From an uncultured Bacilli bacterium (lineage in GTDB: Bacteria; Bacillota_I; Bacilli_A; RF39; UBA660), in contig CAKOHH010000001.1 in assembly GCA_934085675.1 (NCBI GenBank), forward strand, positions 6,115 through 70,114: a DNA stretch of 64,000 nt, read 5' to 3'. This document shows positions 9,824 to 18,825 of the stretch, piece after piece (position 1 is the first letter of the stretch; each line of letters begins with the position of its first letter). The translations under genes were made by a program, and so were the position numbers. Below the pieces are notes generated by a model, which saw only the letters and a program-made list of their open reading frames with translations, was not told the origin of the DNA and did not search any database.

Positions 9824-12335
9824 AAAATATAATCATTTAGAAGTAGAAGAGGGAAAATATAATATTTGGAAAGAAAATGGCTATTTTGAAAGTGGTAAAA
9901 ACAATGGCAAACCATTTTGTATTGTTATTCCCCCACCTAATGTAACAGGAAAATTACATCTTGGTCATGCTTGGGATACATCTATTCAAGATATTATGAT
10001 TCGTTATAAAAGAATGCAAGGCTTTGATGCTTTATGGGTTCCAGGAATGGATCATGCTGGTATTGCCACTCAAGCTAAGGTAGATAAAAAACTTCGTGAA
10101 GAAGGCATTGACCCACGTAGTATGAAAAGGCAAGATTGGCTAAAAGAAGCCTGGAAATGGAAAGATGAATATGCATCTAATATTCACCGTCAATGGGCTA
10201 AACTTGGCCTAAGTGTCGATTATTCTAAAGAAAGATTTACTTTAGATGAAGGACTATCTAAAGCTGTCCGTAAAGTATTTGTTGATTTATATAACGAAGG
10301 CCTTATCTATCGGGGAGAAAGAATGATTAACTGGGATCCTGTTGCTAAAACGGCCTTGTCAAATGAAGAAGTTATTTATAAAGATGTACCAGGTAATTTT
10401 TATCATTTAAAATACCCAATTAAAGGCACAGACGAATATTTAGATGTAGCCACAACTCGTCCAGAAACAATGTTTGGGGATATGGCAGTTGCGGTTAATA
10501 AAGACGATAAAAGATATCAAAAATACATTGGTAAAACCGTTATTTTACCACTTGTTAATAGAGAAATACCTATTATTGCCGATGAACACGCTGATATGGA
10601 AAAAGGTACAGGTTGTGTTAAAATAACCCCTAAAAGTGATCCAAATGACTACGAAGTAGGCAAAAGACATAGTCTAAAAGGTATTGATATTTTAAATTTA
10701 GATGGTACTATGAATGAAAATTGTCTTTCTTATGTTGGTATGGACCGCTTTGTATGCCGAGAAAAATTACTCGAAGAATTAAAAGAAAAAGGATACTTAC
10801 TTAAAGTAGAACCTATTATCCATAGTGTGGGCCACTCTGAAAGAACTGATGCTATGGTAGAGCCTATGGTTTCTAAACAATGGTTTGTTAAGATGAGACC
10901 TTTGGCTGATAAAGTTTTAGAAAATCAAAAAAACAAAGAAACGAAAGTTAAATTTTTACCAGCACGTTATGAAAAAATAATGAATCACTGGATGGAAATA
11001 ACCTATGACTGGTGTATTTCAAGACAACTTTGGTGGGGACATCAAATACCAGCTTGGTATAAAGATGGCAATGTTTACGTTGGTATGGAATCTCCTAAAG
11101 AAGAAGGCTGGGTTCAAGATGAAGATGTTTTAGATACGTGGTTTTCCAGTGCCTTATGGCCATTTTCAACCCTTGGTTGGCCTTTAAACACAGATTTACT
11201 TTCTAAGTATTATCCAACGAATGTCTTAGTAACTGGTTATGATATTATTCCTTTCTGGGTTAATAGAATGACTTTTCAAGGCCTTCATTTTACAAATACT
11301 CGTCCTTTTGAATATTGTTATATTCATGGTTTAATTAGGGATAAACAAGGTAGAAAAATGAGTAAAAGTCTTGGCAATGGGGTAGATCCTATGGATGTAA
11401 TAGATTCTTATGGGGCTGATGCTTTAAGATACTATTTAACTACTTCTACAGCTGGGGGAACTGATTTAAGATACGATGAAGAAAAAGTAAAAAGTACTTG
11501 GAATTTCATTAATAAAATCTGGAATGCTTCTCGTTTTGTGATGATGAATTTAGACGGTTTAGATGAAAAAGAAGAACTTACCTTAAATAAAGAGGATAAA
11601 TGGATTTTAACAAAATATAATGAAACAGTTAAAGCTGTAACAAAATATATGGATAAATTTGAATTCCAAAACGTTGGTACTATTTTATATCGTTTTATTT
11701 GGGAAGATTTCTGTGATAAATATATCGAAATGGCCAAATTTCATATGAGTGAAAATACAACAAAACTTGTTTTACGTAAAGTTTTAGTAGGCATTTTAAA
11801 AATGCTTCATCCATTCATGCCTTTTGTAACAGAAGAAATTTATCAAAAAGTTTTAGAAACAAAAGAGACTATTATGTTGAGTGAATATCCAAAATATGAT
11901 AAAAAAGAAGTGTTTAAAGAAGTTTGTTTAGACGTTGATGATGAAATGGAATTCATTCGTATATTTAGAAATATGAAAGCAGAACATAACATTGGCAAAG
12001 AATATCACGTTTTATTAAATAATAAAGAAGATTATAACTTTATTATGCAAATATTAAAAATAACAGATCATATAGCCTCTGAAAGTCAAAGTCAAAATAA
12101 ATATGAAGTAGTTTATAAAAACTATAATATGACTTTATGTGACGAAAAAGAAGAAAGTAAAGAAGATATTGAGAAAAAAGAAAAAGAAATATCTTTCTTA
12201 AAAGCAAGTATTGAAAAAAGAGAAAAATTATTAGCCAATGAAAACTTTGTAAAAAAAGCACCAGAAAAACTTGTTAAAGAAGAACAAGAAAAATTAGAGG
12301 CTGAGAAGCAAAAATTAAGTTTATTAGAGAAATAA
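9807..12335 (+). CDS. valS: Valyl-tRNA synthetase
   Basis: 842 aa; HIGH motif (PNVTGKLHLGHA), KMSKS motif, C-terminal coiled-coil; RBS AAGGAGG. Confidence 0.95.
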   Translation: MDLIDKKYNHLEVEEGKYNIWKENGYFESGKNNGKPFCIVIPPPNVTGKLHLGHAWDTSIQDIMIRYKRMQGFDALWVPGMDHAGIATQAKVDKKLREEGIDPRSMKRQDWLKEAWKWKDEYASNIHRQWAKLGLSVDYSKERFTLDEGLSKAVRKVFVDLYNEGLIYRGERMINWDPVAKTALSNEEVIYKDVPGNFYHLKYPIKGTDEYLDVATTRPETMFGDMAVAVNKDDKRYQKYIGKTVILPLVNREIPIIADEHADMEKGTGCVKITPKSDPNDYEVGKRHSLKGIDILNLDGTMNENCLSYVGMDRFVCREKLLEELKEKGYLLKVEPIIHSVGHSERTDAMVEPMVSKQWFVKMRPLADKVLENQKNKETKVKFLPARYEKIMNHWMEITYDWCISRQLWWGHQIPAWYKDGNVYVGMESPKEEGWVQDEDVLDTWFSSALWPFSTLGWPLNTDLLSKYYPTNVLVTGYDIIPFWVNRMTFQGLHFTNTRPFEYCYIHGLIRDKQGRKMSKSLGNGVDPMDVIDSYGADALRYYLTTSTAGGTDLRYDEEKVKSTWNFINKIWNASRFVMMNLDGLDEKEELTLNKEDKWILTKYNETVKAVTKYMDKFEFQNVGTILYRFIWEDFCDKYIEMAKFHMSENTTKLVLRKVLVGILKMLHPFMPFVTEEIYQKVLETKETIMLSEYPKYDKKEVFKEVCLDVDDEMEFIRIFRNMKAEHNIGKEYHVLLNNKEDYNFIMQILKITDHIASESQSQNKYEVVYKNYNMTLCDEKEESKEDIEKKEKEISFLKASIEKREKLLANENFVKKAPEKLVKEEQEKLEAEKQKLSLLEK

Positions 12336-12339
12336 AAAG

Positions 12340-12366
12340 AAAGTCAGGTTAAAATCTGGCTTTTTC
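12340..12366 (+). terminator. Rho-independent terminator after valS
   Basis: AGTCAG...CTGGCT stem (one G-U) followed by TTTTTC. Confidence 0.6.
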
Positions 12367-12386
12367 TTCTTTTATATGCTACTATT

Positions 12387-13433
12387 ATGATGGTGATAAA
12401 AGTGAAGTCTAAAAAGAGATATATTTTATTTATATTATTTTTCTTCTTGCTTATTTTTGCCACTTATTATTTTATTTTAAAAGATTATTCTTTAGAAGCT
12501 TTAAAGTTTTCATTACAAAATTGCCATGTATCCACTTTATTATGGGGTCTTGTTTTTATGTCTTTTTATGCTTTTTGGGGAGCATTTTTCTTAAAAAGAA
12601 TGTTATTTCATTTTGGTAAAAAAGCAACTTTATTAGCTTCTTTAGGCTATGTTTGTACAGAAAATTATTTTTCAGCCATAACTCCTAGTAGTATGGGAGG
12701 ACAACCTGTTGAAATGTATGAAATGAATAAAGATAATATTCCTTATCGAATTAATTGTATTATTATTCTTCTTAATACTATTCTTTATAAAATTGCCTTA
12801 ATATTATTAGCTTTCATTTTATTTCCTATTTATTTTCATTCTTTGTTTTCAATTAACAAAGTCTTTACGATTTTAGTAATATTAGGATTTGCCACGACCA
12901 TTTTGGTTATATTTCTTTTCTTACTTCTGGTATATAGTCATAAAATTTTTCCTCAATTTATGATAAGATTAATTCATTTAGGAAGTAGACTTCATTTAGT
13001 TAAAGACGAAAAAAAGAAAAAAGATGAATTTCAGAAAGCTTTGAAAGACTATAAGGCCTGTGCTGAACTCACCAAAAAGAAACCCCTTATTTTATTAGAA
13101 GGCTTATTTTATATGATTTTTCAAAGACTTTCTTTGCTTGGTGTTAGTTATATTATTTATTTATCATTTGGACTTCATGATTATAGTATCTTTTACTTAA
13201 TTGCTGTTCAAGTAGGAATTACCCTAGCCAGTGATTTTGTTCCCTTTCCGGGAGGAGTTGTCGTTAGTGAAAACCTTTTATTAGCCATTAATGAATCAGT
13301 TTATGGACCGTTACTAGCAACTTCAGCGATGATTTTACTAAGAACCATAAGTTTTTATTTATTTGTTATTTTTTGTGCAATAGTTTATTTAATATTTCAT
13401 TCCATTAAAAGAAAGAGAGTAGTAGATTTATGA
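12387..13433 (+). CDS. Polytopic membrane protein, YbfM/UPF0104 (lysylphosphatidylglycerol-synthase TM-domain-like) family
   Basis: 348 aa, ~8 TM helices; position in a ybfM-pssA-psd type phospholipid operon. Confidence 0.6.
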   Translation: MMVIKVKSKKRYILFILFFFLLIFATYYFILKDYSLEALKFSLQNCHVSTLLWGLVFMSFYAFWGAFFLKRMLFHFGKKATLLASLGYVCTENYFSAITPSSMGGQPVEMYEMNKDNIPYRINCIIILLNTILYKIALILLAFILFPIYFHSLFSINKVFTILVILGFATTILVIFLFLLLVYSHKIFPQFMIRLIHLGSRLHLVKDEKKKKDEFQKALKDYKACAELTKKKPLILLEGLFYMIFQRLSLLGVSYIIYLSFGLHDYSIFYLIAVQVGITLASDFVPFPGGVVVSENLLLAINESVYGPLLATSAMILLRTISFYLFVIFCAIVYLIFHSIKRKRVVDL

Positions 13434-14050
13434 TAGGAATTTTTGATTATACAACGTTATTTACGTTTTTAGGAACTTTATGTGGCATATTAAGTATATA
13501 TTTTTCTATGTCCGGTTCTCTTTTATATAGTTTATTATGCTTGATGGCCTCTGGACTTTTCGATTCTTTAGATGGCACGGTTGCAAGGACTAAAAAGAAT
13601 CGCTCTGATTTTGATAAAAGATATGGCATTCAATTAGACTCTTTATCAGATGTTATTTGTTTTGGGACGGCCCCTTTATTTATTGGTCTTACGATTGCTA
13701 AAGATAATATGTGGCTTCAAGTTTTATGCTTAATTTATCTTTTAACGGCTATTTCACGTCTTGCCTGGTTTAATGTGGATGAAGAAATTAGAAGAACAAA
13801 AGAAACAACGGCAAGAAAGTATTATACAGGTCTTCCTGTGACACCTGCTGCGCTTATTTTTCCCACTGTTTATTTGCTTTTTCATAATTTTACAGAAGTT
13901 TTTTCTTATATTTATATAGCAAGTATGATTGTTGTAGCCATACTGCAAATATCAAAACTTAAAGTTCCTCATTTAAAAGGAAAGGGTGAAACCATATGTG
14001 TGATTTACGGGATAGTTCTTCTTGGAGCTCTGCTACACTTTTGTATGTAA
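13430..14050 (+). CDS. pssA: CDP-diacylglycerol--serine O-phosphatidyltransferase (CDP-alcohol phosphatidyltransferase family)
   Basis: DGxxAR...G...G...D...D motif (DSLDGTVARTKKNRSDFDKRYGIQLDSLSDVICFGTAP); ATGA overlap with upstream gene. Confidence 0.85.
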   Translation: MIGIFDYTTLFTFLGTLCGILSIYFSMSGSLLYSLLCLMASGLFDSLDGTVARTKKNRSDFDKRYGIQLDSLSDVICFGTAPLFIGLTIAKDNMWLQVLCLIYLLTAISRLAWFNVDEEIRRTKETTARKYYTGLPVTPAALIFPTVYLLFHNFTEVFSYIYIASMIVVAILQISKLKVPHLKGKGETICVIYGIVLLGALLHFCM

Positions 14051-14868
14051 AAGAATATCAGGAAAATAAGTTTTTATCTTTTCTTTATGAAAATAATTTA
14101 GGTCAAAAATTGCTGCCATTAATTACCTCAAAAGGTTTAACTACTTTAATGGGAAAGTTTTATGATTCTAGATTATCTAAAAAAATAATTCCAGGTTTTA
14201 TAAAGAAAAACCAAATGGATATAAAACCTTATAAGAAAAAAGAGTATACGAGTTTTAATGATTTTTTTACGAGAGAAAAAAAGAAGATAAACTTTTCTTC
14301 AGTTTCCAAAGATTTATGTTCACCATGTGACGCTTATTTAAGCGCTTATCGTATTGATTTGCAAAGTAAATTTAAGATAAAGGGATTAGAATACTCTTTA
14401 GAAGATTTAATTTTAAATCAAGGATTAGCCCAAAAATATAAAGGTGGCCTTTTATATATCTTTCGTCTTATCCCAACAAATTACCACCGTTACCATTATT
14501 TTGATGATGGCAACCTTTTATTTGTTAAAAAAATAAAGGGTGCTTTTCATACTGTTCGAGATGTTGCTTTAAAGAAAACGCATGTTTATTTAGAAAATAC
14601 AAGAGAATATTCTTTTATAGAAACAAAAAACTTTAAAGAGGTAATATATCTCGAAGTTGGAGCTTTAGGTGTTGGAAAAATCTTTAATCATTATCAAAAA
14701 AATTTTAAAAGAGGAGAAGAAAAGGGGATGTTTTTCTTTGGGGGTTCCACGGTGATTTTATGTTTTATGAAAGACACTTTAAAAGAGCCTGTAAAGTTAC
14801 TAGAAAAATCTTTAAAAGGGGAAGAGGCTGTGGTAAAATGTGGACAGAAAATAGGTGAAATTAAATGA
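13996..14868 (+). CDS. psd: Phosphatidylserine decarboxylase proenzyme
   Basis: C-terminal GST self-cleavage motif (FFFGGSTVIL); N-terminus resembles Firmicutes Psd; start uncertain (overlaps pssA by 55 nt). Confidence 0.85.
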   Translation: MCDLRDSSSWSSATLLYVKEYQENKFLSFLYENNLGQKLLPLITSKGLTTLMGKFYDSRLSKKIIPGFIKKNQMDIKPYKKKEYTSFNDFFTREKKKINFSSVSKDLCSPCDAYLSAYRIDLQSKFKIKGLEYSLEDLILNQGLAQKYKGGLLYIFRLIPTNYHRYHYFDDGNLLFVKKIKGAFHTVRDVALKKTHVYLENTREYSFIETKNFKEVIYLEVGALGVGKIFNHYQKNFKRGEEKGMFFFGGSTVILCFMKDTLKEPVKLLEKSLKGEEAVVKCGQKIGEIK

Positions 14869-15245
14869 ATAAAAAAGGATTTACACTAGTGGAGCTAGTT
14901 ATTACTATTGCTCTTTTAGGTGTCTTGGGCATGGTTATTGTCTCCAATATGAGTGGCATTTTAAATAAAGAGCAGGATAAACAATACGATCTTTTTAAAA
15001 CAACTCTTTCGAAGGCCGCTTGTAGTTATATTCATTTAAATGCCGGCAAAACACTTCGAAGTACATGTGTTACTAGGGGTAAATGTGATGTGGCTGTAAC
15101 TGTCTTATTAGAACAAGGCCTTATTAGTGATGATGATTTAATAGATCCTCGAAAACACGAGAAGATTTCTTCTAAAACATATGTTGAAATCACTTATCAA
15201 AATAGCGAATTTACTTGTTCAGTTGATTCTTTAGATTCAAAATAA
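14865..15245 (+). CDS. Type IV pilin-like / ComGC-like pseudopilin (class III signal peptide)
   Basis: MNKKG|FTLVELVITIALLGVLGMVI: prepilin cleavage site G|F, Glu+5, hydrophobic helix; ATGA overlap with psd. Confidence 0.8.
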   Translation: MNKKGFTLVELVITIALLGVLGMVIVSNMSGILNKEQDKQYDLFKTTLSKAACSYIHLNAGKTLRSTCVTRGKCDVAVTVLLEQGLISDDDLIDPRKHEKISSKTYVEITYQNSEFTCSVDSLDSK

Positions 15246-15396
15246 AAATTAGACATTGGCTTTGACAGATATATTTTATTATGATAGTATTTTTTCTTGA
15301 GGAGAAAATTATTCTCCTTGAAGCTGTTTATAGCCTTTATTTTAAAGGTTATGGCAGTTTATCGTATTCATTTTTTGCTTTCTTCTAAGTAGTAGA

Positions 15397-15420
15397 AAAG
15401 AAGACTTATTCGTCTTCTTT
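15397..15420. terminator. Bidirectional hairpin between comGC-like gene (+) and gatD (-)
   Basis: AAAGAAGAC(ttattc)GTCTTCTTT; overlaps gatD stop codon; T-rich flank on plus strand. Confidence 0.45.
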
Positions 15421-16137
15421 TTCGTTTAATAAATTTTTTTGATATTCATGGTAAGCAGTAATTTCAATTTCATCTTCAAAGGGCTTGTATTCTAATTTTC
15501 GTTGCTTTAATATTTCCTTAATTATTTTTTCTGTAAAATAAGGATTACGAATAAATATAGGACCTAGAAGATAAGTGCCATAAAAATGTTTCTTTAAAAT
15601 ACCATCTTTTGTTTCATTCGGAGCATAACCTGTTCCAGATTTAACCGTGAATAAATTTTTTTCATGCACATTTTTTAAAACCGAATTTCTATTTTCAAAA
15701 CCAATAACTTCATCTTTTAAATCTTTCATTTCAAATACTTGTTCACCAACAATGCGGAAATCTGTTTCATAACTTTGATATTTAAATAAGCCTAATGTTT
15801 CATATTTGACATCATCTACTGTTGTGAAACTTTCGCCAAAGAAATCTAGGGCATTACCGGTCACAAAGAAAAATTTATTTTTATTATAAGCCTTAACTAT
15901 ATCTTCTTTTCTTTTCATTAAATCATTTAAAGAAAGAAGAAAGGATTCTTTAGAGCCACTTCCTATATAAAAAATATCATAATCATCAAATTTAATTTTA
16001 TCATCAATACTTAAATTGTGTACAATGACACGGACATCATGACTTTCCAAATGATGAGTTAAACATCTTACATTGCCATGTTCACCATATAAATTCATGA
16101 GATCATAATATAAATGCGCTATTTTAATTGTTTCCAT
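15406..16137 (-). CDS. gatD: GatD-type glutamine amidotransferase-like subunit (CobB/CobQ-like GATase) of lipid II isoglutaminyl synthase; catalytic Cys apparently absent
   Basis: 243 aa, overlaps murT; conserved C-terminal GTYLxGP region; position of nucleophile elbow reads FVTGNAL with no Cys (only Cys at residue 25). Confidence 0.7.
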   Translation of the reverse strand: METIKIAHLYYDLMNLYGEHGNVRCLTHHLESHDVRVIVHNLSIDDKIKFDDYDIFYIGSGSKESFLLSLNDLMKRKEDIVKAYNKNKFFFVTGNALDFFGESFTTVDDVKYETLGLFKYQSYETDFRIVGEQVFEMKDLKDEVIGFENRNSVLKNVHEKNLFTVKSGTGYAPNETKDGILKKHFYGTYLLGPIFIRNPYFTEKIIKEILKQRKLEYKPFEDEIEITAYHEYQKNLLNEKEDE

Positions 16138-17467
16138 TATTGTACTCCTTTATTTTCTTTTTGATGATTTCTGTCATATCAAAACATACCATTGTATAAA
16201 TATCACCAATTGATTCTTTTTTTACTGTATCAATTAAATTGTTTAAATCGTCAATAAGAACGATTTTTTTAGCCTTAATCTTCGCATATTTAAGCCTTAC
16301 TAAAACATCCCATTTAAACCGGCCAATTAAAAATATTTTTTCAATACTGTCGTCATTTAGAAGTTCAAAATCAACATCCCAAAGCCAACTTAAATCATTA
16401 AATTTATATCTTCTTGAAACATTATCAAAACCTAAAATAACACTTTTTTGACCATCTTCGTTCACAATATATCGTAAAGACTGATAATAACTCAAAGCAT
16501 TTTCGTTTTTACTTTCAAGCATTAAAACATGTCGGTTATCAATCAAATATTCATGTCCTCTTTTAGATTCAATCATGTCGTCATTTAAAGCATATAAAAT
16601 TTGTTTCTCTTTAATACCTATGGTATTTGTAAGAGCATAGGCCGCTAAGGTAGCATAGGCTGTAAAAAAGAAATTTTTATTTAAGCAAACCTCATTATTG
16701 TTAATTAACATTGTTTTATTTTTTAAATCAACTTTAGTTGCCGTATAATCAGGGTTTCCTCTTTTAAAGTCACAGTTTTGGCAATAATAAGAACCAATAT
16801 GACCATAATGATAATAATAATACACAAGTTTTTTATGACATTTTGGACAGTAAGCATTATCTACTGAAAAGTTTTCTTTTTTAGAATAAGAATCTTTTGT
16901 CTTATTAATACCATAAGTAACTATTTTACCCTTAAAGTTAATTTTTTCTTTCATAAGACCTGGGTCATCAGCGTTTAAAATAAGCGTTGTTTGCTCATCT
17001 ATGGCATTAAAAATAGCGTCATAAATAAGATCTGGAGAACCGTTTCTAGCAGGTTGATCACGGGTAATATTGGTTACCACAAGATGTGTCATTTTATTTT
17101 TACCAAAAGCTAAATGTAAGTGCTTTTCATCAAGTTCTAAAAGTAAAACATCATGTTTAAACTTACCTGTTAAGGTACAGTTATTTAAAATTAAGGTTGT
17201 AATTCCCCGAATACCGTTACTTCCAGAGGCGTTATAACTAACATCTAAACCAGCATCTGTTAAAATATGATAAATCATTTGGGTTGTAGTGCCTTTACCA
17301 CTAGAACCAGTTACACCAATCACATATTTTGGATATTTAATTTTTTCTAGGACATGTTGATTCATATTGTAACTGATTGCTCCTGGAAATTGACTGCCGT
17401 TTCTATGAAATAATTTACAAACGAACGTCAATGTTTTGTTAACTATTATTTGTAAAGTTGTCATCAT
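16124..17467 (-). CDS. murT: Mur-ligase family lipid II isoglutaminyl synthase subunit MurT
   Basis: P-loop GVTGSSGKGTT, MurT-specific Cys4 ribbon (CPKCHKK...CQNCDF), C-terminal DUF1727-like DNVSRRYKFNDLSWLWDVDFE; start set at ATGATG 17467 (RBS GGTGA) because ORF-track start 17515 lies inside the promoter. Confidence 0.85.
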   Translation of the reverse strand: MMTTLQIIVNKTLTFVCKLFHRNGSQFPGAISYNMNQHVLEKIKYPKYVIGVTGSSGKGTTTQMIYHILTDAGLDVSYNASGSNGIRGITTLILNNCTLTGKFKHDVLLLELDEKHLHLAFGKNKMTHLVVTNITRDQPARNGSPDLIYDAIFNAIDEQTTLILNADDPGLMKEKINFKGKIVTYGINKTKDSYSKKENFSVDNAYCPKCHKKLVYYYYHYGHIGSYYCQNCDFKRGNPDYTATKVDLKNKTMLINNNEVCLNKNFFFTAYATLAAYALTNTIGIKEKQILYALNDDMIESKRGHEYLIDNRHVLMLESKNENALSYYQSLRYIVNEDGQKSVILGFDNVSRRYKFNDLSWLWDVDFELLNDDSIEKIFLIGRFKWDVLVRLKYAKIKAKKIVLIDDLNNLIDTVKKESIGDIYTMVCFDMTEIIKKKIKEYNNGNN

Positions 17468-17486
17468 CTTTTCATCACCTAAGAAA

Positions 17487-17515
17487 ATTATAGCAAATAC
17501 CTTTCCATTTGACAA
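17487..17515 (-). promoter_or_regulatory. Sigma-A promoter for murT-gatD (TTGTCA-17-TATAAT)
   Basis: minus strand TTGTCAaatggaaaggtatttgcTATAAT, ~20 nt upstream of RBS GGTGATGAAAAG-ATG; -35 overlaps a plus-strand TTGACA facing xerC. Confidence 0.55.
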
Positions 17516-17545
17516 TAAAGATGCTAGAATTAAAACGTGATATAA

Positions 17546-18427
17546 ATGAAAAATAAAGTCGTAGAATTTTTACAATACTTGACAGATGTGAAGATGGTTT
17601 CTTCCAATACTGTGTTAGCTTATCAAACAGATTTAAATGAATTTGCCTTATTTTTAAAGGAACATAACTTGTCATATTTATCTTTAACTAAAGAAGATGT
17701 ACGAACATATTTAAAATTGTTGGATCAAGAAAAATTCAAAAACAAAAGTATTGCTAGACACTTAAGTGCTCTTCGTAGTTTTTACAGTTATTTAGAACAA
17801 AAAGGTGTAGTAGAAAATAATGTTTTTGAAAAAATTCATAATCCTAAACTAAATAAACCTTTACCTAATACCTTAAACTATGAAGAAACTGAGAAACTTT
17901 TACATTTTGATAAACTTGAAACGCCTTGGGATATTGAATGCAATCTTGTTTTAGAACTTCTTTATTCAACAGGCCTTCGTGTCAGTGAATTATCCGATAT
18001 TAAATTAAAGGATATTAATAGTTCAGAAAGAATTATCGTGGTTAAGGGAAAAGGGCAAAAATATCGCACGGTTTATTATGGCGAAGTAGCCAAAGATGTT
18101 TTAACTAAATACCTTGAAGTACGACTAAGTCTTTTAAATAAAGAAAAACATGATTATTTATTAGTAAATCAAAGGGGCGGAAAATTAAGCCGCAGTAGTA
18201 TTTTTAAAATACTAGAAAAAAAAGCCAAGTTATCAGGCCTTAATCATCATCTATCTCCTCATACATTAAGACATACTTTTGCAACACATCTTCTTTCAAA
18301 CGGCGCTGATATTAAAACGGTTCAAAACTTACTAGGTCATGAAAACTTAGGAACCACCGAAATTTACACACATTTATCTAATTCTTATTTGCAAGAAGAG
18401 TATCGCCACAAAATGATGCGAAAATGA
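17546..18427 (+). CDS. Tyrosine recombinase, XerC/XerD family
   Basis: 293 aa; catalytic R..HxxR..Y (RHTFATHLLSNGADIKTVQNLLGHENLGTTEIYTHL); N-terminal SAM-like core-binding domain. Confidence 0.85.
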   Translation: MKNKVVEFLQYLTDVKMVSSNTVLAYQTDLNEFALFLKEHNLSYLSLTKEDVRTYLKLLDQEKFKNKSIARHLSALRSFYSYLEQKGVVENNVFEKIHNPKLNKPLPNTLNYEETEKLLHFDKLETPWDIECNLVLELLYSTGLRVSELSDIKLKDINSSERIIVVKGKGQKYRTVYYGEVAKDVLTKYLEVRLSLLNKEKHDYLLVNQRGGKLSRSSIFKILEKKAKLSGLNHHLSPHTLRHTFATHLLSNGADIKTVQNLLGHENLGTTEIYTHLSNSYLQEEYRHKMMRK

Positions 18428-18552
18428 GGTCTTTTGAGAGTCTATTTCAATATAAAATAATCCGGCAGGTTGTTTAGTGTATTTCTAATATATTCTAAAA
18501 AAGCAATGTAATTAACTATTAAACGTGCTTCTTTAGATGATTGGTGTAAAAA

Positions 18553-18590
18553 ATGTTGACGATTTCTTATAAAAGGGGTTAAAATAAAAG
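18553..18590 (+). promoter_or_regulatory. Putative promoter for asnS T-box leader (TTGACG-18-TAAAAT)
   Basis: aatgTTGACGatttcttataaaaggggtTAAAATaaaag. Confidence 0.4.
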
Positions 18591-18594
18591 AGGT

Positions 18595-18815
18595 CTTTTA
18601 AGAAAGAGACGAGTAGAAAAGTATATTTATAACAAAGAGAGAGCTAGTGGGTGTAAATGCTTTTATAATGCTTTTTGAAAAACAACTCTTTATATCCTTA
18701 AAACGGTTGAACCGATAAAACTATTTTTGAGAGTACCTAGGTAAAATAAGGTGGCACCGCGGCTTTTTAAGTCGTCCTTATAAAATTACTTAGGTTTTTT
18801 TGTTAAAAGAAAGGG
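18595..18815 (+). promoter_or_regulatory. T-box leader upstream of asnS
   Basis: Canonical T-box AAATAAGGTGGCACCGCGG followed by terminator helix and T7; AGAGAGA and GGGTG stem-I elements; AAC triplet in candidate specifier region. Confidence 0.65.
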
Positions 18816-18825
18816 ATGAATAAAA

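Noticed and set aside
11432-12261. Antisense ORFs within valS (11432-11737, 12043-12261)
   Set aside because: Opposite strand of valS coding region, no signals.
17468-17515. ORF-track N-terminal extension of MurT (MSNGKVFAIIFLGDEK)
   Set aside because: These codons are the -35/-10 promoter elements (TTGTCA-17-TATAAT); real start is the ATGATG preceded by GGTGA.
17475-17675. 66-aa minus-strand ORF spanning the murT/xer promoter region and xer 5' end
   Set aside because: Overlaps a clear promoter and the start of a conserved recombinase gene on the other strand; no RBS.
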